A stretch of DNA of 35,488 nt from Gammaproteobacteria bacterium (GTDB lineage Bacteria; Pseudomonadota; Gammaproteobacteria; J044): positions 1 to 35,488 of the forward strand of contig RFHG01000227.1 in assembly GCA_003696465.1 (NCBI GenBank). Direction: 5' to 3'. This document shows, piece after piece, positions 14,413-27,744 of the stretch. The position numbers were made by a program, and so were the translations under genes. Numbering within the stretch: position 1 is the stretch's first letter; each line of letters begins with the position of its first letter. The notes beneath the pieces were generated by a model. That model had not been told where the DNA came from. It saw nothing but the letters and a program-made list of their open reading frames with translations, and did no database searches.

Positions 14413-14939
14413 AACTGCGCGCCTTCGAGGGCAGGTCACCGCAACTGGGCGAACGCGTGTTCGTGGACGAGGCGGCGGTGATCATCGGCGATGTCGTGCT
14501 GGGTGATGACTGCTCGGTCTGGCCCGGCACGGTAATCCGGGGCGATATCCATTACATCCGCATTGGTGCGCGCACCAATGTGCAGGACAACAGCACCCTG
14601 CATGTCACCCACGCCAGCGAATATACCGCCCCGGACGGCTATCCCCTGCACATTGGCGATGAGGTGACCATCGGCCACGGCGCCATCGTCCATGCCTGCA
14701 CCATCGGCAACCGCTGCCTGATCGGCATGGGCAGCATCGTCCTCGACGGGGCGGTGCTGGAGGACGAGGTGCTGCTCGGCGCCGGCAGCCTGGTCGCGCC
14801 CGGCAAGCAGCTTGAGGGCGGCTATCTGTGGCTCGGACGCCCGGCCCGGCGCGCCCGCCCGCTGACCGAAAGGGAGCGCGAGTACCTGCGCTATTCCGCC
14901 GAGCACTATGTGCGGCTGAAGGACCGCTTTCTGTCATGA
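14409..14939 (+). CDS. Gamma-class carbonic anhydrase-like / hexapeptide-repeat protein (YrdA/PaaY family)
   Basis: 176-aa ORF whose ATG overlaps the gor stop (ATGA). It has left-handed beta-helix hexapeptide repeats and family-typical segments ([43 protein letters not shown]). Confidence 0.88.
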   Translation: MKLRAFEGRSPQLGERVFVDEAAVIIGDVVLGDDCSVWPGTVIRGDIHYIRIGARTNVQDNSTLHVTHASEYTAPDGYPLHIGDEVTIGHGAIVHACTIGNRCLIGMGSIVLDGAVLEDEVLLGAGSLVAPGKQLEGGYLWLGRPARRARPLTEREREYLRYSAEHYVRLKDRFLS

Positions 14940-15364
14940 GTGCGCACCTGCCGGACTGGCTGCAGCCACTGCTGCCCTGGATCGCCCCCATGGCGGGACT
15001 GTCTCTCCTGCTGCTCGTGGGCAGCATCCTGGCCCTGCCCTGGCTGGTGACCCGCATCCCCGAGGACTACTTCGTCTCGCCCGAGCCATGGCGTGCCAGC
15101 CACCCGCCGCGCCATCCGCTGGTCCTGCTCGGCATCCTGCTGGCCAAGAACCTGCTCGGCGCCGTGCTGTTGCTGGTGGGTGTGCTGATGCTGGTGCTGC
15201 CGGGCCAGGGCCTGCTCACCATGCTGGCCGGCATCGTGCTGCTCGACTTCCCCGGCAAGCGCAGGCTGGAGCGCTGGCTGATCCGCCAGCCGACGCTGTT
15301 CAAGGGAATCAACTGGCTGCGCGAACGCAGTGGCCACCCGCCGCTGCGGCCCCCGCAGGGATAA
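14936..15364 (+). CDS. Small integral membrane protein (resembles the PGPGW-type putative transmembrane family)
   Basis: 142-aa reading frame from the ATG that overlaps the preceding stop (ATGA). Hydrophobic helices are followed by LVLPGQGLLTMLAGIVLLDFPGKRRLERWL. The family assignment is from memory and tentative. Confidence 0.6.
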   Translation: MSAHLPDWLQPLLPWIAPMAGLSLLLLVGSILALPWLVTRIPEDYFVSPEPWRASHPPRHPLVLLGILLAKNLLGAVLLLVGVLMLVLPGQGLLTMLAGIVLLDFPGKRRLERWLIRQPTLFKGINWLRERSGHPPLRPPQG

Positions 15365-15369
15365 CCGCT

Positions 15370-17965
<2,596 letters not shown>

Positions 17966-18153
17966 GGCAGTGACTCCTGTATCGGCATCCATTGCTCTTT
18001 GCTGTTCCTTTTCCCTGGTTTCCGGCAAGGCTCATGGCCCCTGTTTTGGGTGAAATGTACGGCAATTCAGTCGCTTCTGCAAGCCGCCCGTCCCTGAAGC
18101 AGGCGGGCATGCATCACAAAAACCCGGTTTTCACGGCCTGGCAAGCCGCTGAA

Positions 18154-18187
18154 AAAACGGCCAAAAGTCCAATAACAAGGCCGTTTT
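18154..18187. repeat. 9-bp perfect inverted repeat AAAACGGCC-N16-GGCCGTTTT in the divergent intergenic region
   Basis: Read directly from the sequence: left arm at 18154-18162, right arm at 18179-18187. It overlaps the -35 region of the candidate promoter for the GGDEF-EAL gene. It could be an operator or an RNA stem-loop. Confidence 0.4.
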
Positions 18188-18200
18188 CTGCTTCTATAAT
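18172..18200 (+). promoter_or_regulatory. Candidate sigma-70 promoter for the GGDEF-EAL gene
   Basis: ATAACA (18172-18177, 4/6), a 17-nt spacer, then a perfect TATAAT (18195-18200). This would give a leader of about 80 nt before the ATG at 18286, which is preceded by AGGAAA. Confidence 0.3.
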
Positions 18201-18285
18201 CGACCCATGCCTCCTGGATGCGGCCGGGGCAAGGCACAGATTGCGGGCAAGTCCTGCCGGAAACACATAACTACAGGAAACCACC

Positions 18286-20853
18286 ATGCCGCGTATACTC
18301 GTTGCCGAGGAGTCGGCAACACTGCGCTACATTCTCGTTCGCATGCTGGAGCATGCCGGACACACGGTCGAGCAGATCGAGGACTGGCCCTCCCTTGCCG
18401 AAACGCTGGCTGGCAGCACCCGGCCCGATGCACTGGTACTGGGCTGGCCCGAACCGGTGCCGGAGGAGATGACGGGGATCCTCGAACAACTCTCATCCAC
18501 CCGGCTGCAGGGGCTGCCGGCCCTGTTCCTGACCCATGAGCCACCCCCGGAACTCCTGCAGTACACCCTGGAGCGCAAGGCCTCCGCCCTCGTTCCCTGG
18601 GAATCCCACGCGGAACTGTCCGAAGGACTGGAAACGCTGCTGCAGGCACGCCCGGAGACGCCGCCCGAAGCAGACCACGCGGCGCAGGGCAGCGATCGCC
18701 TGCGCATCCTGCTGGTGGACGACTCGCGCAGCATCCGCCTCGGCTACCGCCGCATCCTCGAGCGGGCCGGACACCAGGTCACCGGCGCAGGGAGCGTCGA
18801 CGAGGCCTGGCAACGGGCGCTGGAACAGCCGTTCGACCTGGCCATCATCGACTATTTCATGCCGGGAAAGAACGGCGACGCACTGTGCCGCATGCTGCGC
18901 AACGACCCGCGCACGCGCAACATCCGCCTGTCAGTGCTCACCGGCACCTATCTCGACGAGGTCATCGCCCGGTGCCTCGAGGCGGGTGCCGTCGAATGCA
19001 TGTTCAAGAACGAGTCGATGGACCTGTTCCTGGCCCGGGTACAGTCGATCAGCCGTCATGTGCACTACCAGCGCGAGATCGAGGCCGAGCGCTCGCGCCT
19101 GGCGGCCATCCTCGAGTCCGTGGGTGATGGCGTGTACGGGGTGGACCCGGAGGGACATATCACCTTCATCAACCCGGCGGCCTGCCGCATTCTCGGCTTC
19201 GACACACCGCCGCTGGGCGAATCCGCCTTCGAACTGTTCCATGGTATCGACACCCGGGGACGGGCCATCCCCGGCGACCACTGCCCCCTGCAACAGAGCT
19301 ACGCCAGCGGCCGCCCGCTGGCCGGGCACGAAGGAGTCTTCCGCACGCGCGACAACCGCGTTTTGCCGGTGGCCTGCAGTGCCTACCCGCTGATCGTCAA
19401 CGGGGAGCGGCAGGGCATGGTGGTGGCCTTCCGCGACGTCTCCGAGCAGCGCCTGCTGGAGGAGCAGTTGCGCTGGCAGGCCACGCATGACCCCCTGACC
19501 GAACTCTTCAACCGCCGCTACTTCGAGGAAGAGCTGGAGCGCGAGGTCCAGCGCCACCAGCGTGGCGAACCCGACAGCGCCCTGCTGTACATCGACCTCG
19601 ACCAGTTCAAGTACCTCAACGATACCGCAGGCCACGAGGCCGGCGACCGCCTCCTGATCGACATCGGCCGGCAACTCGAGCGTCGTCTGCGCCGCGGCGA
19701 CACCCTGGCCCGGCTCGGTGGCGACGAGTTTGCCCTCATCCTGCGCAACATCGAACGCGAGACCATCGAGGAGATCGCCGAGAATTTCCGCCAGATGCTC
19801 AGCGAATACCGCTTCCATGCCGAGGGGCGCAGCTACAACATTGGCGGCAGTATCGGCATCGCCATCATCGATGGCGACACCCGCAGCAGCAGCGAGGCCC
19901 TGGCCAACGCCGACATTGCCTGCCATATCGCCAAGCGCAACGGCCGCAACCAGGTCCACCTGTACGACCCGTCCCAGGACGAGCGCGCCGCCATGGACAT
20001 GGACCTAGGCTGGTCCAGCCGCCTGCGCGAGGCACTCGAGGAAGGGCACTTCGTACTCCACTATCAACCGATCGTGGCCCTGGCCGACATCGACATGAAC
20101 AACCTGCCGCCGGAGGAAGGCGGCGTCTGGCAGGCACTTGCGGACATGCCCCTCCACTTCGAGGTGCTGCTGCGGCTGCGTGCCGAGACCGGGGAGCTGA
20201 TCCCGCCCGGCGCCTTCCTCACCAGCGCCGAGCGCTTCAACATCATGCCCGCCATCGACCTCTGGGTCCTGCGTCGGGCGCTGCGCGAGCTGCAGCGCTA
20301 CGAGACCGGTCGCAAGGCCACCACCACCTTCTCCATCAATCTCTCCGCCAGCACCCTCAACGACGACAAGGCACGGCAGGAGGTGCTCGACGAGGTACGC
20401 AACGCCCGCCTGCAAAACAGTGCGCTGATCTTCGAGATTACCGAGACCACCGCCATCGACAACTTCAGCACCGCACAGCACTTCATGGAGGAACTGCGTG
20501 CGCTGGACTGCCGTATTGCACTGGACGACTTCGGTACCGGCTTCTCCTCCTTCTCCCAGCTCAAGGCCATCGACGCCAATTACGTGAAGATCGACGGCCA
20601 GTACGTGCACAACATGGCGCGCGACCCCATCGATCGCGCCATCGTGACCTCGATGAACGACATTGCCCATTCACTCGGGCTGAAGACGGTGGCGGAATTC
20701 GTCGAGTCGGCGGAGACCCTGCGCCTGCTCAAGGTATGCGGTGTGGACTACGTGCAGGGCTACTACATCCAGCGCCCACTGCTGGAGCTCACGCACCCGG
20801 AACGGGCCGTGCGCCCGCTGCATGCCGTCGGCAGGGCCGAGGGGCAGCAACAG

Positions 20854-20862
<9 letters not shown>
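18286..20862 (+). CDS. Multidomain c-di-GMP turnover protein: degenerate receiver - receiver - PAS - GGDEF - EAL
   Basis: 858-aa ORF. REC2 has canonical residues (LLVDDS, AIIDYFMPG, SVLTG, FKNE). It also has a PAS domain (LAAILESVGDGVYGVDPEGHITFINPAACRILGF), GGDEF with an upstream RxxD (RRGDTLARLGGDEF), and EAL-domain motifs (FEVLLRL, FEITET, DDFGTGFSS, KIDG, QGYY). Confidence 0.92.
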
Positions 20863-21876
<1,014 letters not shown>

Positions 21877-21943
21877 TCATGCCCCAGCCGGACACACCCC
21901 ATCACCCGGAGGTCGGCCCATGCAAGGGAAGGAGATGCAGGAA

Positions 21944-22498
21944 TCAGCGCAGCACGGTCCCGTCGAGACGGCGCAGTTCGCTGACCCGGGCGGCCCCGCC
22001 GACAGGGGCATCCAGAATGCCATCCAGGCGGTCGCCGAACTGTTCCTGCACCTGACGGGCCGTGCGGGCCGGCGGCCAGCCGCGGCGGTTGGCACTGGTG
22101 GAGACCAGGGCCCCGCCGCTGGCGGTGCAGAAGGCCCGCAGCAGGGGCATGTGAGTGATGCGCACGGCCACTTCGGGCAGGCTGCCATGCACCCACTCGG
22201 GGCAGGCCGGCCCGGCCGGCAGCAGCCAGGTCACGGGGCGCAGCCGGCGCGCCTCGATGCGGGCCCGTGGCAATGCCCCGGTCTGCAGCCAGGGCGCCAC
22301 ACTGGCCAGCGAGTCGGCCACAAGGATCAGGCCCTGCCGTGACGGCCGGCGCTTGAGGGTACGCAGCCGGGCCACGGCATCGGCATCGCCGGGCAGACAG
22401 TGCAGGCCGAATACGGCCTCGGTGGGCAGGGCAACAACACCACCTGCGCGCAGCCGGCGCAATGCGGCGACGGGATCGTGCAGCAGCTTTCCGGCCAT
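21944..22498 (-). CDS. tsaC: L-threonylcarbamoyladenylate synthase, type 1 (YrdC/TsaC)
   Basis: 184-aa ORF with YrdC-fold motifs (ALPTEAVFGL, KRRPSRQGLILV, LVSTSAN) in the conserved position next to topA/smg/dprA. Confidence 0.9.
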   Translation of the reverse strand: MAGKLLHDPVAALRRLRAGGVVALPTEAVFGLHCLPGDADAVARLRTLKRRPSRQGLILVADSLASVAPWLQTGALPRARIEARRLRPVTWLLPAGPACPEWVHGSLPEVAVRITHMPLLRAFCTASGGALVSTSANRRGWPPARTARQVQEQFGDRLDGILDAPVGGAARVSELRRLDGTVLR

Positions 22499-22501
22499 GC
22501 G

Positions 22502-24943
22502 TCAGGCAGCCGTCTGCGCGGTCGCCTTTTTCACCGCCTTCTTCTTGCTGGCCTTCTTCTTTGCGGCCTTTTTCCTGGTGCTCTTTTTCTTTGCCGTCTT
22601 CTTCTTCACAGTCTTCTTGGCCGCCTTTTTCTTGACCCCGCGGCGCTTGCGCGTCGGTGCCTCTTCCAGCAGCTTGCGGCACTGCTCCAGGGTCAGTTCC
22701 GCCGGCTCCACGTCCTTGGGGATGCGGGCATTCTTCTCGCCGTCGGTGATGTACGGGCCATAGCGGCCATTGAGTACCTGGATACCGGCCTCGTCGAAGG
22801 TCTTGATGATGCGGTTGGCGTCGGCCTGCTTCTTTTCCTCGATCAGTTCCAGTGCGCGCTCGAGGGTGATGGAGTGCGGATCCTCGCCCTTGGGAATGGA
22901 GACATACTTGCTGCCGTATTTCACATAGGGGCCGAAGCGGCCGATGCTGGCGCTGACCGGCTCTCCGTCCGGCGTCTCGCCGAGCTGGCGGGGCAGCTCG
23001 AACAGCTTCAGCGCTTCCTCCAGGGTGATGCTGTCCATCTTCTGCCCGGGGCGCAGGCCGGCAAACAGCGGCTTTTCCTCGTCCTCGCGGGTGCCGATCT
23101 GGACATAGGGCCCGTAGCGCCCCATGCGCACGCTCACCGGACGGCCGCTCTTGGGGTCGGTGCCGAGCTCGCGGGCCTGGGTGGCCTCGCTGCGCTCGAC
23201 ATTCTCCATCACGTGATCGACCTGCTCGATGAACGGCTGCCAGAACTCGCGCAATACCGGCACCCAGTCCTCCTCGCCACGCGAGATGGCATCCAGCTCG
23301 TCCTCGAGATGGGCGGTAAAGTCATAATCGACATAGCGATCGAAATAGCGGGTGAGGAAGCTGTTGACCACGCGGCCGACATCGGTGGGATGGAAGCGCC
23401 GGTTCTCCAGCTCCACATACTCGCGATTGAGCAGGGTGGAGATGATGCTGGCATAGGTGGAAGGCCGGCCGATGCCGTATTCCTCCAGCGCCTTGACCAG
23501 ACTGGCCTCGGTAAAGCGCGGCGGCGGCTCGGTGAAATGCTGGTCGGCGGAGACATCGACCAGCCTGACCTGCTCACCCTCGACCATCGGCGGCAGGATG
23601 CGCTGACGATCGTCCTTCTGCTTGCCGTCGCCCTCGTCCGTGCCTTCCTGATAGACGGCCATGAAACCGGGATGCCGAATGGTCGACCCGGTGGCCCGGA
23701 ACAGGTGCTCGCGCTGCCCGCCCGGGGCCAGATCGACGGCCACGGTATCCATGGTGGCATGGATCATCTGGCTGGCGACGGTGCGCTTCCAGATCAGCTC
23801 GTAGAGGCGGAACTGGTCACTCGACAGATGCCCCTTGACCTCTTCCGGGGTGCGCATGGCCGAGGTGGGGCGGATGGCCTCGTGGGCCTCCTGGGCATTC
23901 TTCGACTTGTTCTTGAACACGCGCGGCCTGTCCGGCACCTGTTCCGGGCCGTAGCGTTTTGCGATCAGCGCACGCAGCTCGGACACGGCCTCGTCGGCCA
24001 GGGTCACGGAGTCGGTACGCATGTAGGTGATGAGGCCCACCGGGCCGCTGCCCAGATCGATCCCCTCGTAGAGCTGCTGCGCCACCCGCATGGTGCGGCT
24101 GGCGGAAAAGCCGAGCTTGCGCGACGCCTCCTGCTGCAGGGTCGAGGTGGTAAACGGCGCTGCCGGATTGCGCTTGCGCTCCTTCTTCTCCACCTTGACC
24201 ACTTCCAGACTGCCGTTGGCCTCGCCGAGCAGTACCTGGCGCGCGGCCTGGGCCGCCTGTTCATCGGTGAAGCTGAACTGCTCGACCTTCTCGCCGTTGT
24301 AGCGATAGAGCCGTGCCGGAAAGTGCGTGTCTTCCTTGCTGGCCGTGGCCTCGATGGTCCAGTACTCGCGCGGCTGGAAACGCTCGATCTCTTCCTCGCG
24401 CTCGACGATCATGCGCAGCGCGGGGCTCTGCACGCGCCCGGCCGAGAGCCCGCGGCGGATCTTCCGCCACAGCAGCGGCGACAGATTGAAGCCGACCAGA
24501 TAATCGAGCGCACGGCGCGCCTGCTGGGCATTGACCAGCGGCTGTGCCAGATCCCGGGGATGTTCGATGGCCTCCTGAATGGCACGTTTGGTGATCTCGT
24601 GGAATACCACCCTTCGCACCGGCTTGTTCTTCAGCAGGCCACGTTCGCGCAAAAGCTCGTACAGGTGCCAGGAAATGGCCTCGCCCTCACGATCGGGGTC
24701 GGTGGCGAGATAGAGGGCATCGGCCTGCTTCAGCGCCCTGGCAATGCGATCGACATGCGGCTTGTTGCGCTCGATGACTTCGTACTTCATGGTGAAGTCG
24801 TGCTCGGGATCGACCGCGCCCTCCTTGGGCACCAGGTCGCGCACATGGCCATAGGAGGCCAGGACCTGATAGTCCTTGCCCAGATACTTCTCGATGGTCT
24901 TGCCCTTGGCGGGCGACTCGACGATGACGAGGTTCTTGCTCAT
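22502..24943 (-). CDS. topA: DNA topoisomerase I (type IA) with zinc-finger-free C-terminal repeats and a lysine-rich tail
   Basis: 813-aa ORF with TOPRIM (LVIVESPAK, ATDPDREGEAI), the active-site Tyr context (GLITYMRTDS), three GR(Y/F)GPY repeats and a C-terminal KKKAAKKTVKKKTAKKK... tail. Confidence 0.97.
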   Translation of the reverse strand: MSKNLVIVESPAKGKTIEKYLGKDYQVLASYGHVRDLVPKEGAVDPEHDFTMKYEVIERNKPHVDRIARALKQADALYLATDPDREGEAISWHLYELLRERGLLKNKPVRRVVFHEITKRAIQEAIEHPRDLAQPLVNAQQARRALDYLVGFNLSPLLWRKIRRGLSAGRVQSPALRMIVEREEEIERFQPREYWTIEATASKEDTHFPARLYRYNGEKVEQFSFTDEQAAQAARQVLLGEANGSLEVVKVEKKERKRNPAAPFTTSTLQQEASRKLGFSASRTMRVAQQLYEGIDLGSGPVGLITYMRTDSVTLADEAVSELRALIAKRYGPEQVPDRPRVFKNKSKNAQEAHEAIRPTSAMRTPEEVKGHLSSDQFRLYELIWKRTVASQMIHATMDTVAVDLAPGGQREHLFRATGSTIRHPGFMAVYQEGTDEGDGKQKDDRQRILPPMVEGEQVRLVDVSADQHFTEPPPRFTEASLVKALEEYGIGRPSTYASIISTLLNREYVELENRRFHPTDVGRVVNSFLTRYFDRYVDYDFTAHLEDELDAISRGEEDWVPVLREFWQPFIEQVDHVMENVERSEATQARELGTDPKSGRPVSVRMGRYGPYVQIGTREDEEKPLFAGLRPGQKMDSITLEEALKLFELPRQLGETPDGEPVSASIGRFGPYVKYGSKYVSIPKGEDPHSITLERALELIEEKKQADANRIIKTFDEAGIQVLNGRYGPYITDGEKNARIPKDVEPAELTLEQCRKLLEEAPTRKRRGVKKKAAKKTVKKKTAKKKSTRKKAAKKKASKKKAVKKATAQTAA

Positions 24944-24965
24944 GCGCTGTCAGGCAATCCGCTGT

Positions 24966-25439
24966 TCAGTTGAGGTAGGCCGGGCGATCGTCGAAGACGA
25001 TTTCCTCCAGCCAGTGGAACGGCCCTTCGAACTCGGGCTGGTTGAACAGCACCATCAGCGAGACCCACTTGAGCTGATCGAGATCGATGCCCTCCTCGTC
25101 CAGCGCCATGGCCCGGTCGATGATGACCTCCCGCGAGCGCGGGTCGAGCACACCGGCCTGCTCGAGAAAGGTGAGAAAGCCGCGGGCACGGGCATCGAGC
25201 CGCTCATGCTCGGCCTCGCTGTACACCCGCATCGAGGTGCCGCGCATGGACTCCATCGGCAGCGCCTGGCTGTTGGCCAGCCCGTCGAGCCAGTCGAAGG
25301 CCCGATCGACCTCCGGCGCCTCGAAGCCGGCCTCCAGCAGCTGTGCCTGCAACTCGCCCCGATCGGGCTCGAAGTCGGCATCCTCCTCGTTGTAGCGCTC
25401 GAAGAGATACATCAGCACATCGAATACATTGTCTTTCAT
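24966..25439 (-). CDS. smg: Smg protein (DUF494 family)
   Basis: 157 aa beginning MKDNVFDVLMYLFERY, typical of Smg, located between dprA and topA as in many proteobacteria. Confidence 0.9.
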   Translation of the reverse strand: MKDNVFDVLMYLFERYNEEDADFEPDRGELQAQLLEAGFEAPEVDRAFDWLDGLANSQALPMESMRGTSMRVYSEAEHERLDARARGFLTFLEQAGVLDPRSREVIIDRAMALDEEGIDLDQLKWVSLMVLFNQPEFEGPFHWLEEIVFDDRPAYLN

Positions 25440-25446
25440 AAGGGTC

Positions 25447-26598
25447 TCACCGGAGGCGTTGATAGCGCCCGCCGGGCAGGCTTGCCACCTGCCCCTCGAG
25501 CTCCATGATCAGCAGCATGGAGGAAACCGCCTCCGCGGTCAATCCGCTGCGCTCCACGATGCGGTCGATGGAAACCGGGTCGAAGCCCATGGCCTCGAGC
25601 AACACGAGGCGTTCCGGGTCGGTATCGGTCTGGCTGTTGCCAGTCGGCCCGGACGGCCCGCCCTGCCCCGTCTCGGGCGCGGGCGCCACCCCCTCGGGCA
25701 GCTCGATCAGACCCGCCAGCTCCTCGAGCACATCGGCGGCGGATTCTACCAGCTTGGCGCCCTCCCGTATCAGCCGGTGACAGCCGCGGGCCAGCGGATT
25801 GTGGATCGAGCCGGGGATGGCGAACACCTCGCGGCCGTATTCCATGGCCAGGCGGGCGGTGATCAGCGAACCGCTCTGCCGCGCCGCCTCGACCACCAGC
25901 ACCCCCAGGGAAAGGCCGGCAATGATGCGGTTGCGGCGCGGGAAATGTCCGGGATGGGGGCCCGTGCCCGGCGGATATTCCGACACCAGCGCGCCCTCCT
26001 CGGCAATGCGTCGGGCAAGGCCATGATGCCGGGCCGGATAGACCCGGTCCAGCCCCGTGCCGCACACCGCCAGCGTCAGCCCCGGGGCGGCCAGCGCCCC
26101 TTCGTGGGCCTGGCCATCGATACCCAGGGCCAGCCCGCTGGTAATCGCAAGACCGTGGCCCGCCAGGGTGCGGGCAAAGTCGAAGGCCAGCTCGCGCCCG
26201 CCCGCGGTGGGCCTGCGGCTGCCCACCATGGCCAGCTGGGGGTAGCACAAGAGCTCGGGATCACCCACCACGAACAGCCCCACCGGCGCATCCGGCAGGC
26301 TTGCCAGCCGGGGCGGAAAACGGGGATCGGTACGGGGGATGAAGTGATGCCCGGGGGCCTCGAGCCAGGCCAGGTCACGCGCCACTGCCTCCTCATCGAC
26401 CGCGGCGATGGCCTCGGCCAGCGAGGCGGGCGCACCGGCCGACTGCAGTTGCGAAGGGGTGGCGCGGAGGATGGCGCCCGGCTCCGGGATCACTTCCAGC
26501 AGGCGTCCGATCGTGGCCGGCCCCACGCCCGGGGCACGCAGCAGACGCAGCCAGTCAGCGAGGGCCTGCGGGCCTCCCTGCCCGTCCAGCTCTGTCAT
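25447..26598 (-). CDS. dprA: DNA-processing protein A (DprA/Smf)
   Basis: 383-aa ORF with an N-terminal SAM-like region, a Rossmann core (SGLALGIDGQAHEGAL, VCGTGLDRVYPARH, SEYPPGTGPHPGHFPRRNRIIAGLS, GSLITA) and a C-terminal winged-helix-like domain. Confidence 0.93.
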   Translation of the reverse strand: MTELDGQGGPQALADWLRLLRAPGVGPATIGRLLEVIPEPGAILRATPSQLQSAGAPASLAEAIAAVDEEAVARDLAWLEAPGHHFIPRTDPRFPPRLASLPDAPVGLFVVGDPELLCYPQLAMVGSRRPTAGGRELAFDFARTLAGHGLAITSGLALGIDGQAHEGALAAPGLTLAVCGTGLDRVYPARHHGLARRIAEEGALVSEYPPGTGPHPGHFPRRNRIIAGLSLGVLVVEAARQSGSLITARLAMEYGREVFAIPGSIHNPLARGCHRLIREGAKLVESAADVLEELAGLIELPEGVAPAPETGQGGPSGPTGNSQTDTDPERLVLLEAMGFDPVSIDRIVERSGLTAEAVSSMLLIMELEGQVASLPGGRYQRLR

Positions 26599-26607
26599 CC
26601 GCGGGGG

Positions 26608-27744
26608 TCAGGGCGCCCGTGCCAGATCGCCCACGCCCACCGGCAGGGTGGAATCCAGCACCAGGGCATAGCTGATGTCGTCCAGCACCCGGAACACCAG
26701 CCCGAGGCCGGCCTTGACCGGCGGCAGCTCGATCTGCTCGCCGTTACGGTCCCGAATCACGTTGCCACGGTTGTAGAGCACGAACACATGGCCACGCTCA
26801 ATGCCGTCATTGGCACCCAGATTGATGGTGACCACCTGGTGCTGCCCCACCTTGCTCAGGGCATTGAACAGGGCCACCACCCGGCCATCGGTGCCGGCCG
26901 GCGGTGCCTTGGGATAGAAGTTGGTCTCTTCGTCGTTATGGTCAACGGGCAGCAGGAAATCGCCGCGCAGGGCCTCGCGCTTGGTGCCGCTGAGCTTGAC
27001 CGTGGCCGGATCGCCAGGCGCTACCACCACGGCGCTGGCTACGTAGAAGGTCTCCTGCCCATAGACCTTGCCGCTCACGGGGTCGCGGATCATCTTGCCC
27101 GGATGATAGACCTCGAACAGCTCGTTGGCCCGGGCATTGCCGAGACCGCGGACATAGACGATATAACCCTCGCCATAGATCAGGCGACCCTCCTGGGTGC
27201 CGACGATATAGGGGGCCTCCTCGATCTGCTCGCGCGGCAACACCTGCGGGCGGATGAGGAACTGCTGCACGGTACGCACCGGAATGCTGAGATCCTCGGA
27301 ACCGATGGGTGAGGTACGCACCTTCGGCTCCAGCTTGACGGTGGGCAGCCCGGTGACGCGTGGCCCGCCCGTGACCTTGACCCGCGGACGGCCGTTGACG
27401 AAGTACAGCGTCAGCACGTCGCCGGGATAGATGAGGTGCGGATTCTTGATATGAGGGTTCTCGACCCAGATTTCGGGCCAGTACCAGGGATCATCGAGGA
27501 ACTTCTTGGAGATGTCCCACAGGGTGTCGCCCTTCTTGACCACATAGGTGATCGGCGCGCTGGGCTTGACCTTGGGTGCGGGCGCCGGTGCCGGGCTGGG
27601 CGCAGGGGCCTCGGCCTTTGGCGGGGGCGCGACCTCGGGCTCGGGCTGCGGCTCGGGCGTGGAGGCACAGCCGCCAAGCAGCAGTGCCGCGATGAACCCC
27701 AGCAGCGGGCCCCTGTATGCATGATGTCCGTTGTGCGTGCTCAA
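26608..27744 (-). CDS. LysM-domain lipoprotein, TsaP-like (type IV pilus secretin-associated protein family candidate)
   Basis: 378-aa ORF with a TTG start (GGGGGAG upstream). It has a signal peptide with a lipobox (LLLGGC), a Pro/Ala-rich linker, a LysM domain ([17 protein letters not shown]...IYPGDVLTL), and a large beta-rich C-terminal region. Its position between dprA and def matches my recollection of Pseudomonas tsaP. Confidence 0.78.
   Translation of the reverse strand: MSTHNGHHAYRGPLLGFIAALLLGGCASTPEPQPEPEVAPPPKAEAPAPSPAPAPAPKVKPSAPITYVVKKGDTLWDISKKFLDDPWYWPEIWVENPHIKNPHLIYPGDVLTLYFVNGRPRVKVTGGPRVTGLPTVKLEPKVRTSPIGSEDLSIPVRTVQQFLIRPQVLPREQIEEAPYIVGTQEGRLIYGEGYIVYVRGLGNARANELFEVYHPGKMIRDPVSGKVYGQETFYVASAVVVAPGDPATVKLSGTKREALRGDFLLPVDHNDEETNFYPKAPPAGTDGRVVALFNALSKVGQHQVVTINLGANDGIERGHVFVLYNRGNVIRDRNGEQIELPPVKAGLGLVFRVLDDISYALVLDSTLPVGVGDLARAP

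Noticed and set aside
18201-18285. A possible c-di-GMP riboswitch (GEMM) in the leader of about 80 nt ahead of the GGDEF-EAL gene.
   Set aside because: I could not find the conserved GEMM-I features (paired P1/P2 helices with a GNRA tetraloop and receptor, and conserved ACGCACAG/GCAAACC-type segments). Only short generic G/C-rich complementarities are present. A covariance-model scan (Rfam RF01051/RF01786) would settle it.
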